The notes: generated from the letters alone by a model not told the origin. DNA of 58,416 nt, filler included, from Squatina squatina (GCA_031763465.1; 3 parts of 3 records of this genome joined end to end with filler, not necessarily neighbours in it), one strand, 5' to 3'; shown: positions 23,690 through 37,195, counted from the first letter of the whole stretch. Made by a program: numbers and translations.

Positions 23690-24145
23690 AGAGCACAGAA
23701 AGAGGCCGTTCAGTCCATGGTGTCTGTGTTGGCTCTTTGCTAGACCTGTCCAAAACATATCCCACTGCCTCGTGCTCTCCCCATACACTCAGATCTTCCT
23801 CTGCTTCAAATATTTACCTATCCTTCCCTTAAAATATGCAGNNNNNNNNNNNNNNNNNNNNNNNNNNNNNNNNNNNNNNNNNNNNNNNNNNNNNNNNNNN
23901 NNNNNNNNNNNNNNNNNNNNNNNNNNNNNNNNNNNNNNNNNAACCTCCCTGCCCTTGTATTCTATGCCTCGGCTAATAAAGGCAAGTATCCCGTATGCCG
24001 CCTTAACCACCTTATCTACCTGTCCTGCCACCTTCAGGTTTCTGTGGACGTGCACACCAAGATCCTGCTGTCCCTCCGCACTTCTGTGTCCTGCCATTTA
24101 TTGTGTATTCCTTTGCCTTGTTAGCCCTCCCCAAATGCATTACCT
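23690..24145 (-). mobile_element. CR1 LINE 3' portion (spans a gap)
   Basis: Peptide QDLGVHVHRNLKVAGQVDKVVKAAYGILAFISRGIEYK is a CR1 ORF2 motif; a 3' UTR follows. Confidence 0.88.
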
Positions 24146-24800
24146 GGCACCAAGCTCAGCACCCTGCCACAAGGCAGCAGTGATATGTATGCTTCGGAGT
24201 CATGGACAATATACAGTAGAGACCTCAAAGCACTGGAGAAGTACCACCAACGCTGCCTCCGCAAAATCCTGCACATCCACTGGCAGGATAGGCGTACCAA
24301 TGTTGGCACCCTCTCTCAGGCCAGCATTAAGGCACTGGTCACGCACAACCAGCTGCGATGGGCGGGCCACATCGTCCGCATGCCCGACTCAAGACTCCTG
24401 AAACAAGCACTCCATTCCGAGCTTCGTCACAGCAAGCGATTACCAGGAGGGCAGAGGAAGCGCTTCAAGGACGTCCTCAGAGCCTGCTGAAAAAATGTAA
24501 CATCCCCACCCACTCATGGGAATCTCTGGCCCAAGACCGCCCGAACTGGAGGAGGAGCATCCGTGAAGGCGCCAACCATTTCGTGCTTCCCCGGCGGGAG
24601 CACGTAGAGGCCAAGCGCAGGCAGCGGAAGGAGCGCGTGGAAACCCAAGCATCCCATCCACTCGCCCCATCAAATACCACCTGCCCCACCTGTGGTAGAG
24701 TTTGCGGATCCCACATTGGACTTTTCAGCCACCTCAGAACCCACAACTCCAGAGTGGAAGCAAATCATCCTCGAACCCGAGGGACTGCCTAAGAAGAAGA
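24146..24800 (+). mobile_element. 5'-truncated RTE LINE 3' end
   Basis: YASESWTIY...QLRWAGHIVRMPDSRLLKQ, C2H2 finger CPTCGRVCGSHIGLFSHLRTH, and an (AAG)n tail. Confidence 0.92.
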
Positions 24801-25530
24801 CTTCTAAATCTTAACAAAGCATTGTTTCCAACCACNNNNNNNNNNGGATAGAGCAGGAATGGCAGTGTCCTATAGGAAAGAGCCTTGTTATTTTCCTTGA
24901 TACTTTTATTTAACTAATAATTTTAAAGTGTTAATGTTAGGAGTAGATCCCTCGTGCTGTCATTTAATTGGTGGCATCAGGGTAATGTCCACTGCAGGGA
25001 AGCAAACCTTGATCCATATCCAAAAATCACATTTTTAAACACCTGAAGCGCAGATTGTCAGCATGCGTTTAGTGCATTTCCAGCAAGGTTCACAACAATT
25101 TCTCCATAATAGATACCCTCAGCAGTATTTAAGGACCTACCTCATGGACATTAAAACAAATAGTAATATTTTACAAGTCAGCAAGATTAACATGAAGAGG
25201 CCTTTAAGAAATGTTGTCAATTCTATATCAAAATATGTGGGCATAAATGATGGAGATGTTGGGAATATTCAGTATTCAATGGATTATCCCATGATGGAAA
25301 GTTACAAAATACTTACCGTACCAGCTGGTTGACATCACATGGAAAATGATTGCCTGCAATGCAGTCTGTGAGATGATAAATGGCTTCATTTCATTCCTTA
25401 AAGGCCCTGTGTCACTGCACAGGCTGATTGAGGTCATTTGCATCACTGTCTCCACAGTCCAGGCTGTTTGCTTCTTTCTCTTTAGANNNNNNNNNNNNNN
25501 NNNNNNNNNNNNNNNNNNNNNNNNNNNNNN

Positions 25531-25542
25531 TTAATTAATTAA
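25531..25542. other. Artificial six-frame-stop scaffold linker TTAATTAATTAA within N run
   Basis: Exact 12-mer centred in a 100-nt N block; identical to 45413-45424. Confidence 0.95.
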
Positions 25543-27536
25543 NNNNNNNNNNNNNNNNNNNNNNNNNNNNNNNNNNNNNNNNNNNNGATTTAGTTTTCAT
25601 CTTCTCAAAAATATCCAACTCCTGACCACAGTCTTCAGCATTATTAAATATTATTAAAAATTTCAGGAAAGCACAGGGAACCTTCCCATTATATAAATCT
25701 CAGATGACTGAATACAAGTTTCCAAAACCTTGTAGAGACATCAGAGACAAGAAAAACAACAGAAAAACAAGCAACGATTTTCCAACAATCAATGTCTAGT
25801 TCTACATCTCCGGAGTCAGTAAATGGCAGCTGGCTTTCTATTCCTGGCTGCCATCAATTGTTTGTTTGAAGCGTTAGCACCAAATGAATGCTGCTGAACA
25901 CTAATTAATCTACTGGAATTGATCTTCTGCAGAGTAGACATGGTATCAAAGGCCTGTGGGAAGGATCCAGCTGCCAGAAAGCTGGCAGCTAGACTTTCTG
26001 TGTTTCTTTCTCTACAATGCACTGCACAGAATTCTTAAACCGCTTAACATAGGCTTTTTCATTTAAAGAAACTCTTTCATTCAAAAATCAGTTAGTAAAG
26101 GGCTCAATATCCTGCAAGACCGAAGCTCATTGGCGGCACTTGTTTACAGCTGTTTTTCCTTTTTAGTAGGTTTTCTACTGTTGCATTGGGCAGCTTTTCG
26201 GAGATGCCTGGGCTTCACCTCTGGAGATGCCTGCGGCAAGGCTTCTTCCTTTATTACATCAGCAAACTCCATTTGACAGTATGTTGTTGGATCTTTGATG
26301 ATTCATAAAGAGATGAACACTTGGGACAGCACTGATCTGTACATAGTGACCTAATCTTAATCTCATGCTGATCAAAGGAGGATCAATATCAAACTCAAAG
26401 TCTTTCAAGGCAAAAGCAAAAAGTGGAATGTAGAAGCTTTATTCTGTTGCCCCATTTATATTTCAGCCCAATATAAGCGCAAAGTATTATGAATGCCTTA
26501 CCAGTTAGTTTGGATTTATCATCTTTTTATCTTTTCCTCTATAATGATTTGTTAGGATCAGAAGAGATTATGAGGTGAGAAAACCAGTATTTGAAATAGT
26601 TGGTGTCAGGCCATACAACGGGTAAGATTGTAGGGATTTGCACTGCCTTCACCTTTTACTTCTGTTTATTGACTTTTGTTCCCTTCCCTCCTCCACCATG
26701 TCACACAGCAAACTTACCCTCAACTAGCAACTGCTCTGGGAAGCACTGCATTTAATGTGTTGCTAATTGTGACTTCTTCTAATAAATAGTAAATACATCA
26801 CAGCCAACATCCAATAAGATACCTAGCTCCTCAATGAGTGGCAAAAACCACTCATGGATTTTGTTCAGTCTCATGAAGACTAACCCTCATTCTATCACAC
26901 TGTCAGTCAGGATGCTATCGTTTGTATTTGTGTAACTCAAGAAAATCAGCTGAAGTTTCATTGTGATGCACTTTGTCACTGTGATAACACATGCGATGAT
27001 GGGGTTTTCCTTTCATTGCTATTTCCTGTCTGTTCAGAAAATTTCCTGAAATAGACAAATACCTCACATCCTGACATTTCAAATCTAATAAAGGCTTTTG
27101 ACCTACTCACTGATATCAGCACATGCCTGCACCAAGAAAAGGAGTTCTTTCCATAGTCCAGTACCAACCAAGTATCATTAATATGAAGTTGAGTGAATAG
27201 CACACTGGTTCATAAAGGAATTATTAAGCATTCTCTTGCTGGTCATGTGTCAGGGTCTTGCCTCAGCTGAAATGTCAGGTTATGCAAAGCAGCTAAACGA
27301 GCTGCGATTTTGTTTTTAAATTCTATAATCGGTAGACCTGAAAGTTATTTTCCTGTATTGTATCTTGTCCCATGGAAGTCTTGTACCACTGCACCAATGA
27401 GATATTTGGAACAACTTGGGCTGTTTCCAATAGCATNNNNNNNNNNNNNNNNNNNNNNNNNNNNNNNNNNNNNNNNNNNNNNNNNNNNNNNNNNNNNNNN
27501 NNNNNNNNNNNNNNNNNNNNNNNNNNNNNNNNNNNN

Positions 27537-27650
27537 AAAGGATATGGAGCCAAGGCAGGTGGATAGACTTAAGACACAGATCAGCCATGAGCTCACTGAA
27601 TGGTGGAACAGGCCCGTAAGGCTGAATGGCCTATTCCTGTTCCTGTGGTC
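27537..27650 (+). mobile_element. CR1 3' end fragment
   Basis: ggatatggagccaaggcagg...gatcagccatga...gctgaatggcctattcctgttcct. Confidence 0.8.
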
Positions 27651-29016
27651 TCCTCTCTCCCCCCACTGTCAAAGGCACAGTTCTTGTCATCCTCTTCCTC
27701 TCTCCTTTCGTAACAAGAGCTGTGACAGCATATTGCCCTGTCAGTGGCAATTCCCAGTTTCCTATGTAGAGCACCATTAATCACAAGGGGTAGCAGTGCT
27801 CAAGGGAGAGGGATATTTTCCATTGACTTTGGTCCGTGAATGTGAATGACCGCCACAATCAGGCGCAGGCAATTGGCATGTACGACTGCAATAATTTTCA
27901 TACCAAGTTCATCATTACTAACACCATGACTACATTCACCTTTACTTCTGGCAGTACTGTAACTATCATCTCTGCTGCTTGCTCCATCAATAGCTAGTGT
28001 CATCTCCCCTCCTGCTGCTATCTCCGCCAGCATCAGCAATTGCAAATCCACCAGAGTTGGTTGAATTTCAAAGGCAAAGCTAATGTCAAAACTATTAGTC
28101 TGGAACCTTAAAGGAGCAGCATCTTTGATTTTATTTATTTAAATGCAAGGTTAATGGGCTCCTATCTTTCAATTATCCCATCAGCCCTCACTATTTAATT
28201 GCAAATGCATTAAAAAAAGATACAAACAAAAAGCTGTTGAAGGTCATCATCCTGCTTTGAAATTGATTTTTATTTCAAAAAAGGGTCTTAATAAGTGTTG
28301 AATTGTAAATTAGAGCCTATTTTTTCTCAGATTGTTACTCTGTAATCACCATTGCTGGTCATTTAAAAGTATTAAGATGACTTGGACCTCTATTGCTACA
28401 GGGGTTTCCCTTTTCCCAAGCCAAGAGCTTTCATCCTGAAATCAGAGTATGATTACTTTAAATCCCTCCATTGGGATGATTAAAATCAAAAGAAAAAGGC
28501 TAGGCAGCAGGGAAGCAAAAAACAGATTTCTTGGCCATTTTTAAATATTAAATTATTACATTTAAGAATTTTGAACAATGTCTATCTTTTTATGGTGGTG
28601 TGCAAAAGACGTAATTCCCAGTCAATGGATGATGCAGCATCATGCATCATCAATAGTAAGCAGGGGTTTTCGTATTCAGAATCACCATCAATTCTCTTTT
28701 TTTGTTTTTTTGTTTGCTGAGGTAAACACAGGTCAATCTGAGGAGATAACATCAAACAGTAGGCAACACACATAAAATTTTTTTTTATTAATCATACTCC
28801 GTTTGCAAGCTGTAATAAGTAAAGTAGCAAAGCTATTTGTCTCTGTCATGAGATCTCTGATCTGCTGCACGGTAGAGGAGGCAAATCCATCACAGTGGGC
28901 TGTGTGTTGCTGCTCTNNNNNNNNNNNNNNNNNNNNNNNNNNNNNNNNNNNNNNNNNNNNNNNNNNNNNNNNNNNNNNNNNNNNNNNNNNNNNNNNNNNN
29001 NNNNNNNNNNNNNNNN

Positions 29017-29560
29017 ACTCCTTCCCTGCCAATCACACCTTTCCGGAGGTTTGTGTCCTTCCCAACACTGGCACTGAAATCACCAAGAAGAATCAGCTTG
29101 TCTCCCTTTGGGACATGGGACAGGGATTGTTCAAGGCTGAAGTACAATTCCTCCTTGGCCTTATCCATAGCTTCTAGGGTTGGGGCGTACACACTGACAA
29201 CCGTAGTGTACTGGTTCTGGGTTAGATTGAGCCGAAGGGTCATGAGGTGTTCGTTTGTCCCACAAGGGGACTCACTAAGACACTCAACTAGTTCATTTTT
29301 GATGGTGAAGCCAACCCCATGGGGATGGCGATCTTCTTCTAGTTTGCCTTTACAGAAGAAGGTGTATCCACCGCCTTGTTCCATGAGCTGGCTTTCTCCT
29401 GCCCACCGTGCCTCTCTCAGGGTGGCGATGTTGATATCGTAGCATCTGAATTCCCAGGCTATGATAGCGGTGCAACGTTCACTTCTGTCGCTGTTGGGGT
29501 TGTCCCTAACATTCAAGGTCCTAAACTTCATTTTGAAGGGGTGGAAGGTGCCTGTATATG
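29017..29560 (-). mobile_element. RTE LINE 5' region: APE endonuclease domain
   Basis: ORF from ATG 29531: NVR...ERCTAIIAWEFRCYDINIATLRE...GGGYTFF...HGVGFTIKN...VSVYAPT...LILLGDF (APE motifs). Confidence 0.9.
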
Positions 29561-32500
29561 AATTATTTTAACATGGGGTGACCGTTGTACACCAGCNNNN
29601 NNNNNNNNNNNNNNNNNNNNNNNNNNNNNNNNNNNNNNNNNNNNNNNNNNNNNNNNNNNNNNNNNNNNNNNNNNNNNNNNNNNNNNNNNNNNNNNNCTAT
29701 AGCAACAACACAATAGTTACAGTATCCAAAGGCTACCTAAGCCTACATTCAGAATCCTGAGATCCCAGGTAGACCATAGTTGCATTCCATCTCCTGTACA
29801 TGTATAGAGTAATGGTTGATAGTTCAGTCAAAACCGGTACTGAACAGGCAGCATCATAAGAAGAAAAGACAACATTTCTACACTGATCTAATTTTATTGT
29901 ACATGAGCCATATAGTAGTCTATGCATTATCAGAGACATGTTATAAAACACCCAGTCAGGAGCCTTCAAGACTCTTTCGGAATGGCGACAGGAAGAATAA
30001 TTTGAATTTCTACCAGGCTGGTTGCCACAGTCTAATTACTTTGCCTGGCAAAAAAACATTTGTCAGTAATTACAAATTGAGTTTCTGGGGAGACATTGGT
30101 TTGCTGTTGAAAGCCACAGAAAAGATAGGTGTAGGCGTATTACAATTAACATGCTGGGACAATGATGAGATTATCAAGCACACAAATCAATTTACAGGCA
30201 GCAGAAGTCACTGAAAAGGTCAGGGCATTAGTATCTGCTTCTTGTCTGATCAAAACATATCATACCACTCTTCTGCCAAACTCATTGATGAATTATGCAA
30301 TACCTCCATGCCAACAGCCCTCATCTTACTCATGTGCACTGATGGCTGCACAAAATTTTTCTCACCTCCACAGTTGCAACATGTCAAAAATAATGACATC
30401 GGCAGTCATTTTACCCCATTGTTCTGCCTTCAAAAAAAAATCTCTCATCCATTTATGAAATCAGAAAAATACAATGAGAGCAACTAATGAGGCACTCTTC
30501 ACCTTCCAATGTGAGATATTTATTTCCACTCCATCATTTTCTTGTTTGACTTACCTGATAAATGCCATGGAAGAAAATTGAAATCAGGTTTCAGAGAGGC
30601 AGTAAACATCCTCCATCAGTTTTATGTGGCTTGATGTCAAATTTAATTTGATAACACTCCTGTGAAGGCACTATATAAACACAAGTTGTTGTTGTGGAAA
30701 TAAAAGACTAACATCCTCTATCATAACAAAAAATGTAATTTTAATGCTTATAACCAACTAGCTTTCCACTCCACTCCTACTTTTCATATGTAGAATATAT
30801 TTCAATACAATTTGAATAATTCAGACCTTATCATCCTTGGAATTTTATTTGCTCACCCTGAGGTTGAAATATTATTTGGTGCTTGAAATCTAGCCATCTG
30901 TATCTAATTTGAAAGCAGTAATTCTACTAATTGCAGTAGTTGGGGTTGGGTTACCAAATAAAGTAGCTGGGAGACCATTAATTAGAATGGAAGAAGCTAG
31001 GATTACTGATCAGAGTAGGATGGNNNNNNNNNNNNNNNNNNNNNNNNNNNNNNNNNNNNNNNNNNNNNNNNNNNNNNNNNNNNNNNNNNNNNNNNNNNNN
31101 NNNNNNNNNNNNNNNNNNNNNNNCACGTAATTTACTTCAGCTAATTGGGGAGTGCAATTTTTCAGTCCTGATGTATTGCCAGAATGCAGGATCTGTTGGT
31201 ACATCATCAGAATTCTCTCCCATAGCTTGTACTTCAAGCGACGCTAAAACAAACTGACAACAAATCGCCAACTCTGCCTCACCAGGATTAATGTCTTGAT
31301 TACATCAAAACAAGTTGGAAGAGGTACATTTTGCTCCAAGTACCAAGTCATAAATCACCTTATGAAAATTAACTCATGAATCAATTTGCAGAATTCCAAA
31401 TGCAGCACTATCCATGTAGAGAACACACACTTGTAACAGCTTGACTCCAGTTCAATCACTAAAAATGTAGCACAGAACTTGGCATTTTAATTAAACTAAT
31501 TCATAACCAGAAATGCTATTTCCCATACACAACAGCAGTCTTTATTTTACCAGGTCATTAAACCCGACAATCTATTACTAAACTAATTGGCGTCATGAAT
31601 GTACTGCAAATTTATGGTTGTGGCATTTCATAAATATCCTGTATAATTGTTTGTAGTTCCACTTCTACACAAGCTATTTCACTCCAAGTTCAAAATTAAT
31701 AATGCTACATTAATGTAAGAGATTCTATGGCTGGCCAAATAAAGTCTTTGCTTGGTGTATGATTTGCATCTTCGTCTTATAAATCCAACTTTTCAGGTGG
31801 GGGAATGGAGGATGAGAATACTTGTGTGGTGTTGAATTGTTCAAGTTACATTCTTGAAAGACAGCTGAAGAAGCAGCTTGTACAGGATTATGTCTTACAA
31901 TGGTGATCATTGGCTACAATCTTCCTTTGTAGATGCACTGGCCAATAATTGTTTACAACATGGTCAAAGTTAGGCATCCCAGTGCTAAGCAATGGAACAT
32001 TTTCCTTTGTTCATGCATTCTGACCTCAATTATAATACAGCTCCCTTCGTACTTCCCTCATGAGGTATCCTATCTTCAGAAGATTGACCCCTTCTGCAAA
32101 TGCAAGGGCTGGATTCAAACTGAAGTTCTAAAAATAAAAGGAAAGTATAATAACCCACAACACCACAATCTCCCTACTCTCCTCTTTTATTCTTCTTAGA
32201 TAAATTATTGCTGAATATAGCTCAGAACCAATCTTAACTTTTATTATTTATATAACAGTAATAGTAAAGATATAATATTATTTTCTGTCAGTTTTGTCAA
32301 CTTCCAATTTTAAGTTGAAAAGAATTTACAATTGCATATTGTTAAAGTGATTTTCTTTCAAACAATATTCAGTTCCTTGGAATTTCTTTGTATTTTCCTA
32401 TATTTCCGAAGAGCAACCCTTGTGTAATCACACTGAATTATGGATTATGCTGAAGTTTACTGATTTATCACATTCCCTACCTGCATATTTGGAAGTGGAA

Positions 32501-32909
32501 GCTGAAGGACAGCTGGTTCTGGTGGAGAAGGCATCACCATCAAAGGAATGAAAGAATCGTAAGGGACCTGCCAACCCGCTGNNNNNNNNNNNNNNNNNNN
32601 NNNNNNNNNNNNNNNNNNNNNNNNNNNNNNNNNNNNNNNNNNNNNNNNNNNNNNNNNNNNNNNNNNNNNNNNNNNNNNNNNGAGTGAAGTCACCAGTTAG
32701 CACTGACCTTTCACGTCTGGAAGCTGGGTTCCAAGACAACCCAGCCAGATGAGTTGAAAGCCTCCTTTCTAAGAGGGCTGAGCTGAAATGGGTTTGGGAC
32801 AGACTTAATTCAATTCCTGACTTAACTCAGTTCCTGGCCCTGTTGTTCAAAACAGACTGCTGTTTTTTCCCAGTGCAATAGTGACTGGGTACAACGTTGT
32901 CAAAGGTGA

Positions 32910-33225
32910 AGGCTTTTGAATGAAACGTTAACCTGAGGCCCCAAATGACTGCTCAAGAAGTGGTAAAAAATACCACGGTAAAACTTGAAGAAAATTTCAG
33001 GGCTTATCCCTATGTCCTGGCCAACATTAATCCCACAATAAAGACCACTAAAAACAGATTAACTAGTTATTCCACTGCTGTTTGTGCATCCTTGCTGTGT
33101 GCAAATTGGCTGTCATCTTTGCCTACATAACAACAGTAATTACACTTCAAAAGTAATGCACTAGTTGCAAAGGGCTTTGGAGATCTGGAGGACATGAAAA
33201 GCGCATGTAAATACAAATCCTTGCT
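32910..33225 (+). mobile_element. Old partial Deu-SINE copy
   Basis: gtcctggccaacatt...tgtgcaaattggctg...ttacacttcaaaagta...aaatacaaatc, colinear with the other SINE copies. Confidence 0.7.
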
Positions 33226-34545
33226 TTGCCCTGTTAATTCGCAGTTGGGAGTTAATTTATATGCAGGATAGGAATCCAGCAGTGACAAGTTAACAGGCTG
33301 TACTAAGAACCTTATTGAACTACTTCATTATAGTCTGTGCACTAAACAGATATTGTTGCAAGGAGCTACAATTCAACACAAACTGGCTCTAAACTGGGAA
33401 ACTCGCATGGATGAGCCACAATAATGGCACATCTGGGAATGTGAAATGGCACAATGGGGAGTGCTATTCTGAGGTTGGAGCCAAGGAAGTTGTTAGGACA
33501 ATGTAGCAGAAAACACAGTTTAAAGCTGACCAATCACTTCCTTGATCTGGGAAAATTTGAGGCTGACACTGAATGTAAAAAGTGTTAAAATGTGCCATTC
33601 CCAACAATGACCTAAATGTATACTAAAGTCAATGATTTAAAAAAATGTAATAGGCCCATGCCCAAACTCTGCAAGCATAGGCAGATTCTACCTCACGGCT
33701 CAGTTTTGTCAGTGCAAAGTATTTTAAATATACATATACGGTATATGGCGGATAAAAGATTTACTCTTCTGGTTCATGACTTCTATATATCGATGGTATA
33801 AAAGGCAAAGCTGTATCCCTACTGTAAAAGAGCAGTCAACATTTCAGAACATGAGAAGTTGGGCTATTGCTGAAGGAGCCAGCATTAATCTCAGAGATAT
33901 ACATCACTTCTGATCTTGCGTGACTCTCCCACACACAAGGTATATCTCTCCTGAGCTAATGTTATGCTTACTAGGAACCAGGGTAAGAAGCCAAATGCAT
34001 TATATAGGGATTTTGCCTTCAATACAGAGAATAGAATTAAATTCCATCAGCCTTAGCTACATGCAAACTGAGAGCACATAGATGGAAGAATTGTTATGAC
34101 AATGTAACACAGCCTCAAAAATCAATTTTGACTCAAGTTTTATTTCCAGTTGATAAGAGCACATTCTTCATAAATTTATGTGTGGAATCCATGAGGTCAA
34201 AATTCTCTTGCGCAGCATTTGTGGCACTAAATTAATATTTTTGTGGGCTTTAGCGCCCAGCGCTTTGGCTTGTAAATGCAGGTAAATTTGGCACATTAAA
34301 AAAAACGGGGTGAGGCACTGTTCAAGGCACCCATGGCCTCATTGGAGCACAGGAGGGGTGCTCTTACTCACCCTTCATGGAATTTCAGCTGATGATGATT
34401 CAGTGCCAATCAGCTTCCACCCCACTGCAGCCCTTAAAGGGGATGTTGGTCATGCATTCATCTGCACTCTCTGCTCAGAATTTGTGCTGGCGACAACAGA
34501 AGAAAGGTTTTCATCATAACTTCCTCATCCTCCCAGCGATCTAGC

Positions 34546-35744
34546 CGCTTCAGCGATGTGGCCCTTGAAATGTTGGTGGGTGCGGTGGAGTCACGGAAGG
34601 GGCAACTCTACCCCCATCTGGAAGGAGGCTAGCCCCACAGCAATTGCATGCACTGTGGCAAGAAATTGCCATGGATGTTTCTGGGGCAGACGTGGTTCAT
34701 CATACCCCCACCCAGTGTAGAAAGAAATTCAACGACCTCAATCGAGTCGTCAAGGTTAATGACATTATCATTCTTCTCTATAGCCACCTTTTCTATCCGT
34801 GACGAATCTTTAATGCAGCCCTGAACCCAACATGCATGCAGGGTCCATCTGTCGGGACTCTCAAGCTCATTTTCATTTCACGCCTTGCCTACATTGAGTG
34901 CTATTATTCCAGGGCAGGCATTCCTTCACCATATGTAACTTCAATGATGCTAACACACCTTCCTTTCATTTGCAGGGCAAGGTGACCCACAACCGGATGC
35001 AGGAGCATCAGACTGGGGGAGGGCCAGCTGATATAACACCCCTCTCCAACCTGGAGGAGAGAATGCTAAGGCTCATTGGGCTGCAAATGGTGGAGCCCGT
35101 GGCAATGGGACATGCACAATCTGCTGAGGGCAATAATGGTAATTGCATTTCCTCCTAAGGCCCTAAAAATGTGTATGCGCTCATTCTGCCTACCCTCCTT
35201 GCTGTATTCCTGCCCCTTTCCCTACCCTTACTGCAACGATTCTGCCATTTATGCTTTCAGACGATCTGCAACTAATTCCTTAGCCTGTCCCGCAGCCCAG
35301 CCATGAAAGTGGTGAGGGAGAAAAGGGAGAAGAGTTTGAGGAGGAGGAGGAGCCGCAAAACCCACCGTCAACGCCTCTCTCACGCACAAGTGCCAGCTCA
35401 GATACAGGCACCTCGCAGTTAGTACAGGCTAGGTTAAGAGAGAGGTATTCACTTGGTGAAGCACTGGAGCCTAGCGGGCTGCAGCAAGGTGAGGGAGAAA
35501 GGGAATCTTGGGGGCCATCTCCCCATGGAGAGGTGGTGCGCGGAGTCCTGCTGCGGAAGGCGCAGATGAAGACCTCAAGGGTGAGTCTGACCCAAAGAGG
35601 ATGACGGCCATGCAAACAGAATTGACAGAGGCAATGGCAAGGCTGCCCGAGAGCCTGTCACAAGTGGTCAGGATCATGGAGGAGTCCGCCTCCCACATTA
35701 TGCAGAGCTCTGCGCACACCATTGAGCCCATCATTGGCTGTCTT
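34546..35744 (+). pseudogene. Harbinger Myb/SANT-like DNA-binding gene, 3 exons (about 34546-34754, 34976-35138, 35261->35744), decayed
   Basis: RFSDVALEMLVGAV...WQEIAMDVS...TQCRKKFNDL (trihelix/Myb_DNA-bind_5-type motif), then KVTHNRMQEHQTGGGP..LSNLEERML, an acidic linker and a coiled coil. GT-AG introns; one frameshift and an in-frame stop. Confidence 0.82.
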
Positions 35745-36521
35745 NNNNNNNNNNNNNNNNNNNNNNNNNNNNNNNNNNNNNNNNNNNNNNNNNNNNNNNN
35801 NNNNNNNNNNNNNNNNNNNNNNNNNNNNNNNNNNNNNNNNNNNNCCGGCCGAATTCTGCAGCAGGCGGCTGCATCACCGCGGGCGGGCGCAAACCCCTTA
35901 CCACCCATCAGCACCTCCCGGAGGCGCTAACCGAGCGACTTCAGAACTAGATTTTTGGCCTCCAGATGTTCCTGAGCCTTGAACATTTACAGCCCCGTGA
36001 TTTTAGCCTTTCCTTATGCTCTGGTTTCCACAATTCACACATCACTAGGACTTGCATCACCACACACTCAATTCCCAAAATACAACTTTCATAAACCAGT
36101 GGGACTTTTCAAGATAATGGTTAAAAAAATGCATACATGCACAAACAGAATGGATCAACATTGACAAGACTGTAACCTTGGTAAGCTGTGGAAAGGGATA
36201 TCATTATGTACACTGGAATCCTCCACAGCTGGTGAAGTAGCTGTTGAAGGCTTACAGAAAGCCTCATTTGTGTACAGTGATATTTCATGTGCAGTCTCTC
36301 CAGAAGGTTAATCATTTCATATGGGTACTCTAAATCTGTTATGGACTCTTTGGAAGAATTGACATTTGATAACGCTCATCATAATTTTATGTATAATTCT
36401 TAGGGATAAGCATAAAAGTGAGTCTATGCCAATCTGTACATGTTCAGTTTCAATCTGATTAGCCCAGAAACAATGTTGGAATTAGAAATAGATTATACTG
36501 CCATTTTAAAATTAAAATAAC

Positions 36522-36605
36522 AACTTGTATTTATATAGCGCCTTTAACATAGTAAAGCATCCCAAGGTGCTTCACAGGAGCGTTAGAAAACAAAATTTGA
36601 CACTA
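36522..36605 (-). mobile_element. L2 LINE 3' tail
   Basis: aacttgtatttatatagcgcctttaacatagtaaagcatcccaaggtgcttcacagg; same family as 47950-48175. Confidence 0.7.
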
Positions 36606-37195
36606 NNNNNNNNNNNNNNNNNNNNNNNNNNNNNNNNNNNNNNNNNNNNNNNNNNNNNNNNNNNNNNNNNNNNNNNNNNNNNNNNNNNNNNNNNNNNNNN
36701 NNNNNAAGCTTTTGGGCTAGAAATTCGGTATCGCCCCAGTTGGGTCGTTAACTCTTGATAAGTTGGAAGTTTAGTACCAGTTGCTAATTAATCTCGCTGC
36801 CCGCTAAATTCAGTCTCTGTGCTGAAAGAATGCAGGGAAGCTCTAAGTCAGGCATTCATGGCGTAGGTGAGTGGCATTAGGCTCCAAGCGATAATGAATA
36901 TGAGGGGCCTGAAATTTAGTGACGCGTACAGCTCTTGCAGAGAGTTGGCACAGGCTCAACTGGCCATCTGGCCTCCTTCTGTGCTGTTATCATTCTGTGG
37001 TTCTAATCTCCTGTCAGGAACGAGATTTGTCACGTAATTTACAATAATCAGAATTTCACCGTGGTCGCAATAAAAGACTGTTTTTCACCATTTAATAGGC
37101 CAGCTAACCTCAATAACTAATTCAGCAATATCTTAAACTAATCACAATACGGAACAGATAAAATTATCAAACTAGCACACGCTTACAAAAACCAA

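Noticed and set aside
32428-32581. Possible minus-strand exon with CAG|GTAGGG donor
   Set aside because: No recognisable peptide and no convincing acceptor.
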